From Negaprion brevirostris (taxonomy: Eukaryota), in the NCBI GenBank assembly GCA_030324005.1, contig JARDVH010000121.1:31112595-31176594 (forward strand): DNA of 64,000 nt, in the 5' to 3' direction. The position numbers and the translations under genes are program-made. The notes below the pieces were generated by a model, which worked only from the letters and a program-made list of their open reading frames with translations, was not told the origin of the DNA and did not search any database. The stretch's first letter is position 1. Every line of letters begins with the position of its first letter. Below, in pieces: positions 40,768 to 56,369 of the stretch.

Positions 40768-43562
40768 TCCTACTGTAATATCTGAACTGATATGTAATAA
40801 TAACTAGTTTGTTGTCCAAGTTAAAAAGAATGAGTCAAAGATGCTTCTGGCTGAATCCTGAAAATCTATTTGATCAAATGCCTTGTAGCATCAATGGTCT
40901 GCAAGTTAAGGAAAACGTTGCTGCCTTCGAAGAGACAGGAGTACATACACCAATACATTTTAAAAATCCCAGGGTGCGCATCTTTAAATTGTCATTCCTG
41001 GGGAGAACGATGGTTTATACTCTTCCACCTTCAGAACATTCAAAAGATATTAAAAGAGCATCATTCTCAGTAGTAAACTAAACCCAAATAATATTGCTTT
41101 TGGAGTCAAGGATTTGATGTGAATGTTTGCACATGTACTAGCCATCTTAATTTGTCATTGCAAAAAAAAAGTCAGTTGCAAACTCAAAACCACTGATCAA
41201 AAATTAATTTCAACCTTTTCACTGCCCCACTAGAGCAACACATTTCTAGCCCTTGTACATTAAATGCAGAACTATCTGATCTATATCCACATGAAACAAG
41301 AGGGTCCTTGTCCAACTTGAAAGTAGTTGTACTGTTCATCATTGTCAGGCAGGCTTTTTTTTAAAAAAGGAGGTACCGCACAGCGCATGGGGAGGCGATC
41401 ACATTTCATCCAACTGATTGCTGCCATGTGACCATAATGAGCTTCCAGCTTCAAAACTATTTTCATGTTAAGCACAGCAGTTTGTACAGTAGCCCTTCAA
41501 CCAGAAGTATCTCAATTACACCACAACTTCCATTGTGAAGTGAGATTATTCTCTCACTGGCAAGAGATGAAAACAACCAGTTATAAAAGACTTCTTGCAC
41601 GACTGAAATCAGATATTCAAAAAGTGTTTTTCCATATGTGCCACATAGCAAACCTATCTGCATCAGACATGAGATTATCCTTTCTACCAATTTAATGAGA
41701 TAAACAAAATAATCGATGCACCATACAAACAATTGCAGACCGGTGGTGGCAGCGGAATCATCTATAGCACGAATGGCTAAAACCATTCAAAATACGAGTT
41801 GCATTGTGGCTGGATATGAATCTCACCAGAGAAACATTAAATAGTTTGAGAGATATAGGGCACAGCGGCCTCAAGGTTTTGACACAAAGAGGATTTGGTT
41901 AAGATAGCAAAAAGCAGGAGGGACCACTTTGCTGAAATGTCTTGTTTAGCATCACTAGTGGGGCAGTGAAGCCACTGTTAAATACCATACCCTACCAACT
42001 AGACCACTAGCTTCAGATTTTGGTGAAATGACCACCATCACACTTTCACTCACCCACTAACAATCCCCATCAATTACAACCTATATTTTAAATTCATTAC
42101 CACCACCACCTTTGTAGCCAAATGTCACAGCTTGTAGACTACACCAGCTACTCAAACATCTCAGCGTGGACTGCACAACTCCTCTTATGAGAAGATGGTG
42201 TATAACCAAAGTAACCCAAAGCATATATCCTTAATCCCATAGAGACAGCTACTGGACAATGAGCAGATTTCCACCAAAAAAATCAGCAACCTCCCATCAG
42301 CCATGCAACCACCAGCAGACCCATTATGCATAGTAACATTAAAGATTTTAAAAAGTACAAACAAGATTATCAATTTTTGTATGGCATAGTTTTAATTCAT
42401 AAATTTGCTTTGGAATGTTTATTTTGTGCTCCCTTTTATTTTTGCACTGTGGCCAAGCCAATATTGTGATGGTCAGTGGCAAAGACAAGTTGAGATGTGA
42501 ATAAAAAACTGGGAATGCTGGTTCTGCTATTTAAGAAACGTTGTAGAGATAAACCATGGAACTATAGACAAGTGAGTCTCACATCAGTGGCAGGGAAACT
42601 ATTGGAGAACATTCAGGAGGAGAGCATCTATTGCCACTGGGAGGCAAAGCTTGTTCAAGGATAGACAGCATGGCTTCAGAGGGAAGTCATGCCTAATAAA
42701 TTTGATTGAAATTTTTAAAGAGGTGACCAGATGTGTAATTGAGGGTAGTGCAGTCAATGTAGCTGATATGGATTTCAACAAAGCCTTTGAAAAGTTCCCA
42801 AAGAGCAGACTTGTAAAGAAGGTAAATGCACATGGGATTCAGGGTAGTTTGATAAAGTGGATTCAAAATTGGCTCAGTTGTAAGAGACAGAGGGTGATGA
42901 CAGAGGCTGCTTTAGTGACTGGGAAGCCAGAGTCCAGTGATGTTCTGGGCCCCTATTATTTGTCTTTATATAGATGACATATGAGTATGTGGGTGTAGAA
43001 TTAGCAAATTTGGGGATGACAAAGATTGACTGGGTGGTTAACAATGAGGCAGAGGGTCTTGGGCTACAAGATATAGACCAAATGGTCAAAACTTAACCCT
43101 AAGTAGTGTGAGGAGACACACTTTGGAAGGATTAATTTGACAGTCAGTGAATGGTACTACACTAGAGTAAATACATAAGGTTACAGGGATAGGGCCTAGG
43201 TGACATTGTGGTCGATGCAGGCACCAGCGGGCCAAATAGCTTCCTTCTGCACTGTAGGGATTCTATGATTCTTAGTGTGTTTGTCCACAGATCCCCGAAG
43301 GGGGAAGGATACGTTAGTAGATGTTTAAAAAGACCAATGGGACACTTGCCTTTATCAGTTGAGACAGATTACAAAACCAGGAAGTCATGCTGAAGTTGTA
43401 TAGAAATTTGGTAATAGAATACAGTGTGTAGGCCTGGTCGCCACATTACAAGGAAGGTTGTGATCGCACTGGAGAAGGTGCAGAGGAGATTCACCAGGGT
43501 ACTGCCTGGGATGGAACATTTAAGTTACGAAGAGGGGTCTGGTAGGCTTGGGTTGTTTTCAT

Positions 43563-43790
43563 TGAGACTTCTTACAAGACCAGGTTAAAGTCCAACAGTT
43601 TATTTGGTAGCAAATACCATTAGCTTTCAGGGCTCTGCCCCTTCATCAGGTCAGCTCGCCAGACAAAAGGGGCAGAGCCCTGAAAGCTAGTGGCATTTGC
43701 TACCAAATAAAATGTTGGACTTTAACCTGGTGTTGAGAGACTTCTTACTGTGTTTACCCCAGTCCAACACCAGCATCTGCACATCATGAC
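43563..43790. mobile_element. Minimal fold-back Penelope-derived element nested in a CR1 LINE
   Basis: ccaggttaaagtccaaca...tagctttcagggctctgccccttc is mirrored by aaggggcagagccctgaaagctag...gttggactttaacctgg. It interrupts CR1 sequence at gttttc(a/g)ttg. Confidence 0.85.
43618..43652 (-). ncRNA. Minimal hammerhead ribozyme motif, core intact, stem I mismatched
   Basis: Minus strand reads GAC CUGAUGA A GGGGC AGA GCCCU GAA AGCU A AUG. Confidence 0.55.
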
Positions 43791-46417
43791 TTGGTTTCGT
43801 TGGAGCAGAAGCATATAAGATTATGAGGGACATAGGAGCAGTTGTCCCCCTTAGTTTAGGGCAGTCACGAGGGGGGATAGGTTCAAGGTAAGAGGCAGGA
43901 GGTTTTGGGGAGGAGGGAGCCAGCATGGATGTGAGGGAAAACATTTTTATCCAGAGGGTGATTATGGTCTGGAAAGCACTGCCTGGGGCAGTGGTAGATG
44001 TGGGTTGCCTCATCCTTTAAAAGGAAGTGGATGAGCACTTGGCACATCATAACATTCAGATCTATGGACCAAGTTAGGATTAGGTGGAAGTTCAAGTGTT
44101 TCTAAGTATTGGTAAGGACTCAATGGGCTGAAGGTCCTCTACTGTGCTGTATGATTCTATGATTGTGGTTACTGATATCACTCGAGTAAGCTTTTCGTGA
44201 ACAGCTTGGCCAAATTCACTGATTAAGTTGCCTCCTCTCCCTCATGCTCAACTGCTCACCGTATAGCTGGTGATCAGGGCTCTCACATCAATGGGGATTT
44301 TGGGTAATGTAACAGTCGACGACCATAATTCTTCAGTTACACTGCAAAGTATCAGACTTTTCAGAGCAGCCTAGGCAGTAGAAGCATTTTTGCACACAAA
44401 TGGTCTACTTTATTGCACGCTACACATTGAACCTGGCCTAGAGCTGGCAGGGTAGCAACTGAGCAATGAGTTGTGATTGCTCAAATGCAGCTAACAAAGT
44501 AGACTGCCAGAGAAAACAACAGGATACTATTGGACACTGACCTGTGTGTGCTACATATGGGATCAAATAGCTGGACATTCGGGAAGGAGAATCCCCCTCA
44601 GCTCTTAGAAGAGCAAAACAGTTGACATATATGCCAGTGACAACCTGCATCATGGTGAATCCTGCAATCCTAGAAAGTCATGTGTGCTCCACCTGCTGAG
44701 TGCTGGCAAGAGACTGAAACACAGTTTGTATTCTTTGAAGAGAGTAGCAGTGACCTTTTGGAAAATTACAGATATTGGAAATAGAGCTGGGAGGAGCCAG
44801 ATGTATTAAAGCTCATTGCCAGGAGACACCTTGTCAGCCACTGGCAATGCCACCTTCGACCTGCCCTGCTTCAAGGTTGCAGCAAGTGATACATTTCAGG
44901 GCAGACCTCTTCACTCAAGTGTGACATTTTGGATTAGAAACTGGCATCCTGAACTCTGGGAAGAGAAATGATCCCTGTTGAGAGCCCCCCTCCTCCTGCT
45001 TTGAGTGACACGGCTTGCTCTGCACAGCCACTTGTCAATTGGTGCGTCCAAGTATGGGAACAACTGATTCGTGCAGAAGTCCGTTAAAATCTCCTTCAGC
45101 ACCTGCCTCACCACTTCCTGGAGATGTATGTAACTTGAAACAGCAATAGAAAGCAGCAGACACTTGAGGCAAAGCAGCAGCCAGAAGAAATCAAGTGAGC
45201 AAATAGCCTAATCTCTAAATAGCACTTGTGGGGAGGAGGGATTCCTTCCTCCTGTTACGTTGTGCAGGGTTTGGGGAATTTGCCCCAGAAGAAAAGATGC
45301 TTCTATCACTTAAAAGCAACAGATGCAAGCTACTCCAATTACGTGCCCATAAACTTTTTGGAAGTTAATTTAATCTTCACATTTGGTATTGCTGAGTTTT
45401 AAATCTATAAAATAAAGTCTGTGCAGTGAAGGAGTTTCACTTGCTCATCTCTAGATGTATCTGTAGCATGCTTACAGCAGAAAGAGGCAACACCATTTCA
45501 AGCACTTTTACATTACAAGGCATCAGAAGAACATTACACTTTAATTCAAGTTTTGAATTAAATGCATTAAAAATGGCATTAAACATTAGCAGCAGGAATC
45601 CATTCTTTAATAAAAAGTGTTGTTGCATTGAACTATTTCCTAGTATAGCTCAAAAACAGTTTGCAACTGCTGTGAATATTAAGCAATGTTCTTTGCCTTT
45701 CCTCGTCACCTATGGAAGCAATTTTCACAGGACCAAACATATTTAGATAGTTTCAGATTCATTACACATTTGATCAAATCCCGCAATGGATTTGACTCGA
45801 ATGGCTTGGACTCTTCCGCAGACATGGAAAAGAATTAAAATGTGTAATGGGATACAGGAGAAGATTCTTAAAACACAAAGCTGGTTTTAATTATTTACAG
45901 ATATTAGAATACTTTATCAGTAAGTCAGTAATGTGTTTCATTTGAACACTATTGTAACAATTTTATGACAATATGTTCTACTGCAATTCCCTGTGGTGTA
46001 AACTTGGAATGAAGAGCAATAAATAACCAAAAAGGAGTCTCAAGTATTTTAGCCCAATAAGCTCACTTGATTCAATTACAACTTAATGTCACAACAGTTT
46101 CTTATTAAAACGTGAAATTGGATTCTCCCCAATTAAGGTTTTGAGATGATGGGTACTAATTAAAACTAATTCTTCAGTTTTTTTTTAGAAAAATCTTAAA
46201 ATTTGGCAAGACTACTCCATTTTTGAAACATTACTGCATTGGACTACAGGATCACCCAAAATTTTGGCTTTATCTAACAGATTCAGTGGCAGAGTTTTTC
46301 CACACAGGTTCTTATTCAAGACAAAAAAAGGGGGGACTTTACAATTTTGAAAAATGAGAATCAACAAGTACTTAGAGCATTAAACCCAAGCATCCAAATA
46401 GTTTCATATTTTCCTAC

Positions 46418-48293
<1,876 letters not shown>

Positions 48294-49342
48294 CTGAAAG
48301 TAGAATACACAGTATTCAACACAAGATTAAAAATGTCACCATTTCACTCATTAATACACAAAACTAGATTAAACATTATATGTTGGTGCCAAAAATAACT
48401 GAATAGAAAATATAGTTCTAAATTCATGATAAAAGATACTCTACACAAATGTGCATAAGATGTTTTGCACTGCAAATGTCAGTGACAAAAGGACAATAAA
48501 AAAAATCAAAAATCCAAAGGAAGCTACTCTTTGGCAGGCTTTATTGAAAGCACTCCAATTTAAAACCGAGTAAACATTCACTTCTGTGCACATCTGTTTC
48601 TATTAAAATGAGAGACCTAGGTATCTGCCTCCATTTTTCCTTCGCACTCATTCAGCCTTTATTTTGCCATGGAAAGAGTGGTTAGCCCATCAGTGCTAAA
48701 AGTTACTCAAGTGGAAATCCTTTGGCAACTTTCAGCAACAATACAGATAGATAAACCTGGAAATTATGAGGCTGCTGTCAGAGTTGCCACTATCCATTAC
48801 AAATCTGTCCTGACTTCATCCTTCTCGAGCAATATTCACAGGAGTGGAGCAGACTGTTTGCAACTTTGTTATCAAATAGGATTCCAAAAGTGTGCTTCCA
48901 GCCACACACCTGAACCATTAAAACAACTTAGACCTAGTGCCTCCTCAGTAATGATCTGACTCCACCTCTGCCTTCGTTTGTCTGCTGACAATACTGTACC
49001 TTGGTTACTTCTAGACCAACTCCTCCAAGCACTCCAGGATGACTTCTCACATTCTACCCCTAGAGATTGGAGGTCATCTAAAAGTATGCTGCTTGTGGCT
49101 CATCTTGCAAAGTCCCACGTTCCTATCATTTTTATCCTCACTGACCTATATTGGCTTGCAGTTGAGCAATGCCCAAAACTCAAGGGATTTTAAAATCCCT
49201 CCTTGACTTTGCTCTCATCTCTGCAAGTTCCTCCACTACCAAGAAAATTCTGATTTCTTGGAAATCCCTTATTTTAATTGCTCCATCAATGGTTCCCTCA
49301 GCTGCCAAGGTTTTGAATTCCATCCCTTCAGATACTTAAACT

Positions 49343-49592
49343 GTGGTTAGCACTTCTGCCTCACAGCGCCAGAGTCCCGGGTTCAATTCCCAGCTTGGGT
49401 CACCGTGCAGAATCGACATGTTCTCCTTGTGTCTGCGTGAGTTTCTGCTGGATGTTCTGGTTTCCTCCCACAGTCCAGGTCAGGTGCATTGGTTATGCTA
49501 AATTCTCCCTCAGTGTATCCAAACAGGTGCCAAATTTTCAGTTACTTCATTACAGTGTTAATGCAAGCCTAATTGTGACTAATGATAAAGTT
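49343..49592 (+). mobile_element. V-SINE
   Basis: gtggttagcacttctgcctcacagcgccagagtcccgggttcaattccc plus the V domain and the family tail. Confidence 0.8.
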
Positions 49593-52500
49593 ATCTGTTC
49601 TAACGTGGGCTTGTACGGATCATGATCATCAGTTTGCATTATAACACTTTTGTTGGAGTGGGTGAGGCAGCAGCAGTTATGGTCTTCAGTTCAGTTACAT
49701 CAGCTAATCTTGGGAGTTAGACCACATATTCCAATGCAAGTATCCAGGCAAGTTTTTGCAGAGGGTCTTGCGCAGCAGAAATCAACCCATCAGAAGTTTG
49801 AGCTTCCTGGCCAATTATTGTGCACACATCTTTCAAGCCTTCAAACATGCAGCTGCATCCAAACTCAGATGACCTGGATACCAGTCATGGGGTCTCATTC
49901 TATCCGCTTTTAGTTACTTCTAGATTTTTACTTCAATTGTCTTTTAACTCTGTTCGTATCTCTGATAACTATTCTTAATTTCCTGGTTCAGATTCTGCAT
50001 TGCTCATTAATAATTGATTCAATCTGACTTGAGATGATCCATTCAGAGATCCAAGATCTCCTATAGAACTTCCTATATGAAAATGACTTTCTAATCACAG
50101 CAAGTTATGCAAGTATAATGAATGCTTATGCCACTGACTGCAAGGCTGAACCCAATGTTTCACTGCAGGCTACTACCAGAACAGACCCCTTTCCCAGTAT
50201 AACAATCAGAATGTAACATTTTCTGGACACTACCTCAAATTAACCAGTAGCATTGGGACAATCTGCAAATCAGATGAAAATACAATATCGAAATTTCCCT
50301 TACCACTCCCTTTCTCGTGTCTCCAGTTTTGCATTTGAATCAACAGTAAAAAATTGAAGTTCAAGCCTTATTTCTAATAAAGGATCAATTCACTGGAGGA
50401 CACCAAGCACCAAATTCTTCCCCCCCCCGCCCCCAAAGGTGGTCAAGATTTGCTGTTAGTCTGCAGGTTGCCAATGTAATAACAGGTGAAGAAAATTAAA
50501 ATTTTACACACAAACTACCAACTTATAAAAACCTAAGTGCTGGATCACCTTAAATACATGCAATACTGCTTCTCCATCTGCAACTAAATCATCTGACTAA
50601 TTCCAGAGGGTAGGAGAAGTGACCATTTTCACCTCCAGAATGTCCACCATGTCCCCAGAAGATGCCAGTTCTGGGAAAGTAATAGCCTCAATTTTNNNNN
50701 NNNNNNNNNNNNNNNNNNNNNNNNNNNNNNNNNNNNNNNNNNNNNNNNNNNNNNNNNNNNNNNNNNNNNNNNNNNNNNNNNNNNNNNNNNNNNNNAATTT
50801 TGCTAATGACGACATCTACCTCAGCCCCTCAGATATTCCCAGTTTGGACTTCAACTTTATACTTTCCCCTCAAGGTGTGCAACTACCTGAAAATCCCCCA
50901 CTAAGGCCATGTATAAATCAGTCCTTTTGGAAACAGTATGCACTATGGCCTTTGCAAAAAAAGAGACCTTGTACTTAAATTGCTCGCACACTCCACATCT
51001 GACTTAGTCACCCACTTCGTCTGCAACACATGATGCTTCGTTGATTTTACGAACTCTTTCCCCCTCCACCCTCAAGGCCCAGTCACAAAAAATCACTAGA
51101 AAACTGTCCAGCCTTCATTTCTCAAAATGTTGCTACTTTGTAGTTGACTATGGCTAATAGGCAGTGACAGCTACAAAAAAAAGATCAGGGTCATGGTAAA
51201 TATTCTGCAAACAATGAGTGTGAAAGCATTTGATCGGGAAGAGAGCAAAACTCACTTATCTTCCTTCAGTAATTGAAGATGCAACCGCAATACATTTCAA
51301 GATCATGTTTGATTTAAAAATCCAATGTCAGAATTATTTTTAAATCTATTCATGGTAATGCAAAGAAAAAGATACTTCTGCATCAGCCTAAATGTAGTGT
51401 TGGGTACCATAACCAGGGTGGTGACCAACTTGGGAACAAAGTAAGAGACACAGGGAGGTGTTGGTGAACCTGTAGAAGCAGTGATGTGGGTGTGGGGTAG
51501 ATGCTGGTAAACCTGGATGACCCCCCCCCAGACCTGTGTACTCCCTAGACTAGGGGTCTCCAAACTATGGCCCGCAGCAGGCTGCATCCAGATCAGAGTT
51601 TGGAGACTTCCCTGTGGAAAATCTCAAGTGCAAATCAAAGGGCTTGCAGAATCAGCAATTGCAGAATAATTCTGGGACAATTATGCATCCAAGGAAGGCA
51701 GGGCCTTGGATGTGGGGCAAGAGGCCAGATTACTGGACAGTTCCAGAAAATCCAGGATTGTCAGTCTAATTGACAAAGGGTTCCTTTCCACACATTTAAA
51801 TGACTGTGACTGAAGCAAGACCATCACCTACCATGAAATCACCATTTGCATCTATCCCAGGAGGATGACAACTCTCATGCACCTTGCAGCAATTACAAGC
51901 TGGGAACAGCCAAGCCTTTGACTCTACACTTGCTACAACATCTCTACAGCTGTTTATTTGTTCAACTACTTCCTAACTCCCCTCCCATCTCAGTTGTTCA
52001 TACAACGCTACTCCACCTCGCCTGCAGTCCAGGACAAGTCATTTTTGTATTTAGCAGACTGATCCAGTCAGTGCAAGGCATTGGTTTTGGAAAAAACCTC
52101 ACTCTGGAATGCTGCTGGAGAGCAAGGATACTAATTTGACTTCTTTTCTGCAAAAACAACCACCTGATAATCCCTCTTCTCTGCCATTCTTTCTCCATGA
52201 GCAGAGTGTTCAGAGGTCTCCTTTGTCACCATGACTAATGGCTGTAGGCCACTGGTTGCCTGCAGATTCCATCTTTTACATTTGAAGCATTAAGAGAATT
52301 ACACAACTATTAAATATGGTAAAATGGGTGTTGTCAGCTGTGACTCAGGTGGTAGCACTCTAGCCTCCAAAATCACAAAGTTGCAGGTTCCACTTAGGAC
52401 TGGAATACAAAAATTTAAACTGAAACTTTAATAGTGCTGAAAGTATGCTGTGCTTTTGTAGGTGCTAACTTTCAAATTAGTTGTCAAAATGAGACTAAAT

Positions 52501-53789
52501 TCTCCATCAATTAGAATCACAAGTAGTTTATATGATCCTTATCACATTGCTGATTGTGGGAGCTTACTGTGTTTTTCATTCTTTCACAGGATGCGAGTGG
52601 CATTGTCTTGATCAGTACTTGTTGTCCATTCTAATTGCTTTTCAGGGTGATGACAAGCCCAGTTCTTGAACTGCTGCAGTCCATGTGATGTTGATGCCTA
52701 CAATGCTATCAGAAAGGAAGTTCCAGTATTTTACAAATAAGTGGTTTTAGACTTGCATATAGAGATTACCTAATATTTGAAGGCACTCTGTAAATCCTTC
52801 TGTACTTCCTGAGATAATTATATTTAACAAAAATGGAAGTGTGTTACCCAAGGAAACCATTTTAGAACTACTATTGCAAATGTTAGTTACACCATAAAAC
52901 TCACTTTTCCCCTCAAATTTTAATCCCTCTTCACAATACTAAAGAAAAATACAGAAACAAAGATTTCTTGATTTGAATCTCCATGCATGATTACATATTT
53001 TTCCAAGATACAATTTGGTAGGAAATGCTGACCAAAATAGATTACTGCAACACTGTTGACATGTACAATTAATTTTTAAAAATAACAGTATTTTTGATCT
53101 TTGTTGCCTACATATTGCAAAGACCTTCACGGTCCCAAGGAATCTTGCCTGGCTGGAGGGATTTTTTTGAGCTTTCACACTGAAGCTCAAAGTATCTCAC
53201 ACAGCACTACAGGTCTCTGATGGAAACTCCAGCAAAGCAAACACATACATCTTCAAAATCAGGGTGCTACTCTACAGTGCAAATACATGACCACTGTGGA
53301 GTGAGGCTGGTGGGAAGAGAGAGCACAAGCTAACTGTAGTATTTCTTTAATAACACATCACAGATTCATTTATACTGGTACTGTTGGAACCTAGTTACAC
53401 ACAAGTGCTTTGTGCAGCAGGTGGTACTTGCACTTGTGCCAAGTCTACTACACAGCCCATTATTATTTTGTTGCAACATAACTGGTCTTGTACTTAAGTT
53501 TCAATATGAGCCATGTTCTTCTAGAGTTGAGCATTTAGTATCTGGCAAACTCAGCCAACCAATTCCACCAGAATATTAAATAGGGGCTATGGGTTGTTCA
53601 TTGAGTTATCTTATTTTACACCATTGCTAATACAGAAAATGAGCAAGCATTCCCAAGAATGAAAAACTCTCCTTTCCAAAAACACTGCAACAATAGATGA
53701 CTAAACCCACTTCCAATCTTTGACTGAAACTGCAGTTGGTTGTACACTTTTCACGTGCGCAACGATAGGAACACATGTTGTGATATAAA

Positions 53790-53990
53790 ACAAAATGAAA
53801 ATGCTAAAAATACACAGGTCAGGCAGCATCTGCAGAGGCAGTATTAACGTTTCTGGTCGATGACCCTTCAGCAATCCGAACTGTGACCTCTGTTTTACTC
53901 ACCCACAGATGTCATCTCACCTGCCGATCAGTTCCAGCATTTTGTTATAATTTCAAATTTCTAGCATCAACAGTATTTTCCTCTTTTTTG
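53790..53990. mobile_element. Fold-back repeat of a second, probably Penelope-derived family with a degenerate hammerhead-like motif
   Basis: Inverted arms aaaatgct..caggtcaggcagcatctg / cagatgtcatctcacctg..ccagcatttt. Minus strand GAAGGGTC ATC GACCA GAAACGTT at about 53870-53846. Confidence 0.55.
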
Positions 53991-54595
53991 TACTGCATAA
54001 ATTGACAGCTACACCACAATCAGAAGCTTAGGATGCACTTATTTTGTGACTACACTTTGAACATACTGCATAGGCTGTAATACACTGAGTAGACTGGTGA
54101 TCATGAGAAAAGCTATAGAAATCCCCATCCTCCTCCAACACCATTAACTGCACTATTTGGGTTTGTGCATTTGGTGGATCACTATTGCTTTCATCAATGA
54201 ATGTTTTGATTCTGATCACTGTCATACCACATCATAGCGTGCATATGCGCAACCTGATGGTCTAAAATTCCAGCATCAATCTGGTGACAAAGCTTCAACA
54301 TTCGGAGCTTTGAGTGCTGCTTTTGCAGAGTAACATCAATTACACCCCTCCCAAAAACAGACTGATTGCTGGGATAACCCTCAGACCCCAGGTAAATTTA
54401 CAAGATCCCAAGGGAGGCTCAGTAAGCTAATTTACCTGACAAGCTACAATTTCAGTCAAGCTTAGGCCAGAGTTGGTAAAAGGACAATTTAAAAGCTGTC
54501 GAAGAACGATCTTGAAACACCAATTCTAAAAGCTGGACAGAATTTAGTTTATCCTAAATGAGCAACATTCATCTGTGATAGATATGAAAAAAAGA

Positions 54596-54922
54596 CATTT
54601 TTCTAATTGGGATGTGGATGTCACTGGCTATGCTAGCATTATTACACATCCATAGCTATAATTGCCCTCAAGATGACAATGGTGAGCTGCCTTCTTGCAC
54701 CAAAAAATAGACAATGCTGGAAAATCTCAGCAGGTCTGACAGCATCTGAGAGAGAATAGAGCCAATGTTTTGAATCTGGGTGACCCTTCATCAGAGCTAG
54801 GATCAGCAAAAAAAAAAAATCACTATCTGCAGAATTTTGCTTTTTGCCTTCGTGCACCACTGCACACCCTGTGGTGTAGGTACACCCAGTGCTGCTAGGG
54901 AGGGAGTTCTAAGATTCTAGCT
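54596..54922 (-). mobile_element. LINE 3' end fragment (related copies near 11850-11920 and 52575-52735)
   Basis: gggatgtggatgtcactggcta..aattgccctcaagatg..ggtgagctgccttcttg and gtggtgtaggtacacccagtgctgctagggagggagttc are split by an insertion. Strand is inferred. Confidence 0.5.
54702..54848 (-). mobile_element. Second-family Penelope-like 3' end inserted in a LINE fragment
   Basis: Minus strand CTGATGAAGGGTCACCCAGATTCAAACATT..cagatgctgtcagacctgctgagattttccagcatt. It matches the host sequence at 35851-35897 and 36483-36555. Confidence 0.55.
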
Positions 54923-56369
54923 GAGTATGAGAAAAACAAACCTGAAACAGTCAGCATATCATACCCATTGGCTGGAAAAGCCAGAGGACATTGCAAGCTC
55001 AAAATAAAACCTCCAATACAAACCATCAGTTCTGTAATGGGAACAAAAACAGCTTTAACACTGCATCACAAATTTATAGTCAGTGGTAGTAGTATTGACC
55101 ACACTTCCTGTAACAACCTCTCGCAAAAGGGAATCAATGTGCACAATGATTATGGATGAGAGATACAGCAGCAATTAATACAATGCAGTATTAACTTAAA
55201 ATATAAAAACGTGTGCTTGACACTCTGGCTTACACTATAAGTGACAAAAACCTGCTTGATAAGTATCCAACTTGAAAAAGAAATCTCCGCCATAGTGCAA
55301 TATTGTTCACATGGCTAGCTGGGAACACAGATGTGGCCCAATTGCACCTTTGAGTGATATGGAAAAACAGACATCCCTTGGTTGGTCATTTCATCTCGTA
55401 TCAAAATTCCAAACCTCAGTTAGAGAGGCACATTAAATACATTTACTTGTATTTTATGATGAATTTGCAACGCAGCCAAAAAGGGCATCACCACAGCCAT
55501 GCCTTAGGCCTATTAGTCATTCCAACTGGACCATGTTGTTACAGCATTAAATACACTGTACAACCAGAATTAAATGCACCATACTGTCAAACTGGTTTCC
55601 TCATTGCTGATGTATACAGAGTGCCACTTAATTGACAATTGTCATAATCACAGATCAGGACTTTGAAAAGAAACTATAGGAAATACAGTAAACCCCTTCA
55701 TAGTATGAACATAATTAGCATCAATATTCATACAATATTGTACAGAATTTCATTTAATGTGGTAGGAAATCAGAAAGGAGGTGCCACTCAAAGCCACACC
55801 CACAACCCCCCACCCCCAGCTTCAAAAAAAAATCCAGGTAAAAAAATTCACAGGATTAAAACTAAAAATTAAAAAGCAGAAAACAAAATAGTAAGGGTTC
55901 AACTACCAACAGTACACCTGTCCTGTTGTTGGCTCCAGATGCTTTATGAAAAAACCTTTTTCCTTTTTGTTGAGTTAAACACAAAGAGACTTATGATTTA
56001 GAAAGAGCAACATCANNNNNNNNNNNNNNNNNNNNNNNNNNNNNNNNNNNNNNNNNNNNNNNNNNNNNNNNNNNNNNNNNNNNNNNNNNNNNNNNNNNNN
56101 NNNNNNNNNNNNNNNCTTATGATTTAGAAAGAGCAACATCATAAACCACACCAGCTGTAACTCCACGCAAAATTGAAATAAGTGTACAAAAGTCAAAAGG
56201 ATAAGATTTCAGGAAATTGCATGGAACAAGTGAAGAAGAAAATTCAAGATTAAAAGCAGAAAATTAAAAGGATGTTATTTTGGTTGAACATGTCCTCACT
56301 CCCATTATTTGTTCACGCAGCAGTGACTGAAGTAGTAATTGAAGCAGTGAATTGAAGTAATCCCAAGCC

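Larger units (their letters stand above)
42555..44163 (+). mobile_element. CR1 LINE ORF2 and 3' end, with a nested SINE fragment (about 43170-43268) and the Penelope hairpin
   Basis: QHGFRGKSCLINLIEIFKEVT..DMDFNKAFEKFPKSRLVKKVNAHGIQGSLIKWIQNWLSCKRQRV, with tail tgtgctgtatgattctatgatt. Confidence 0.88.
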
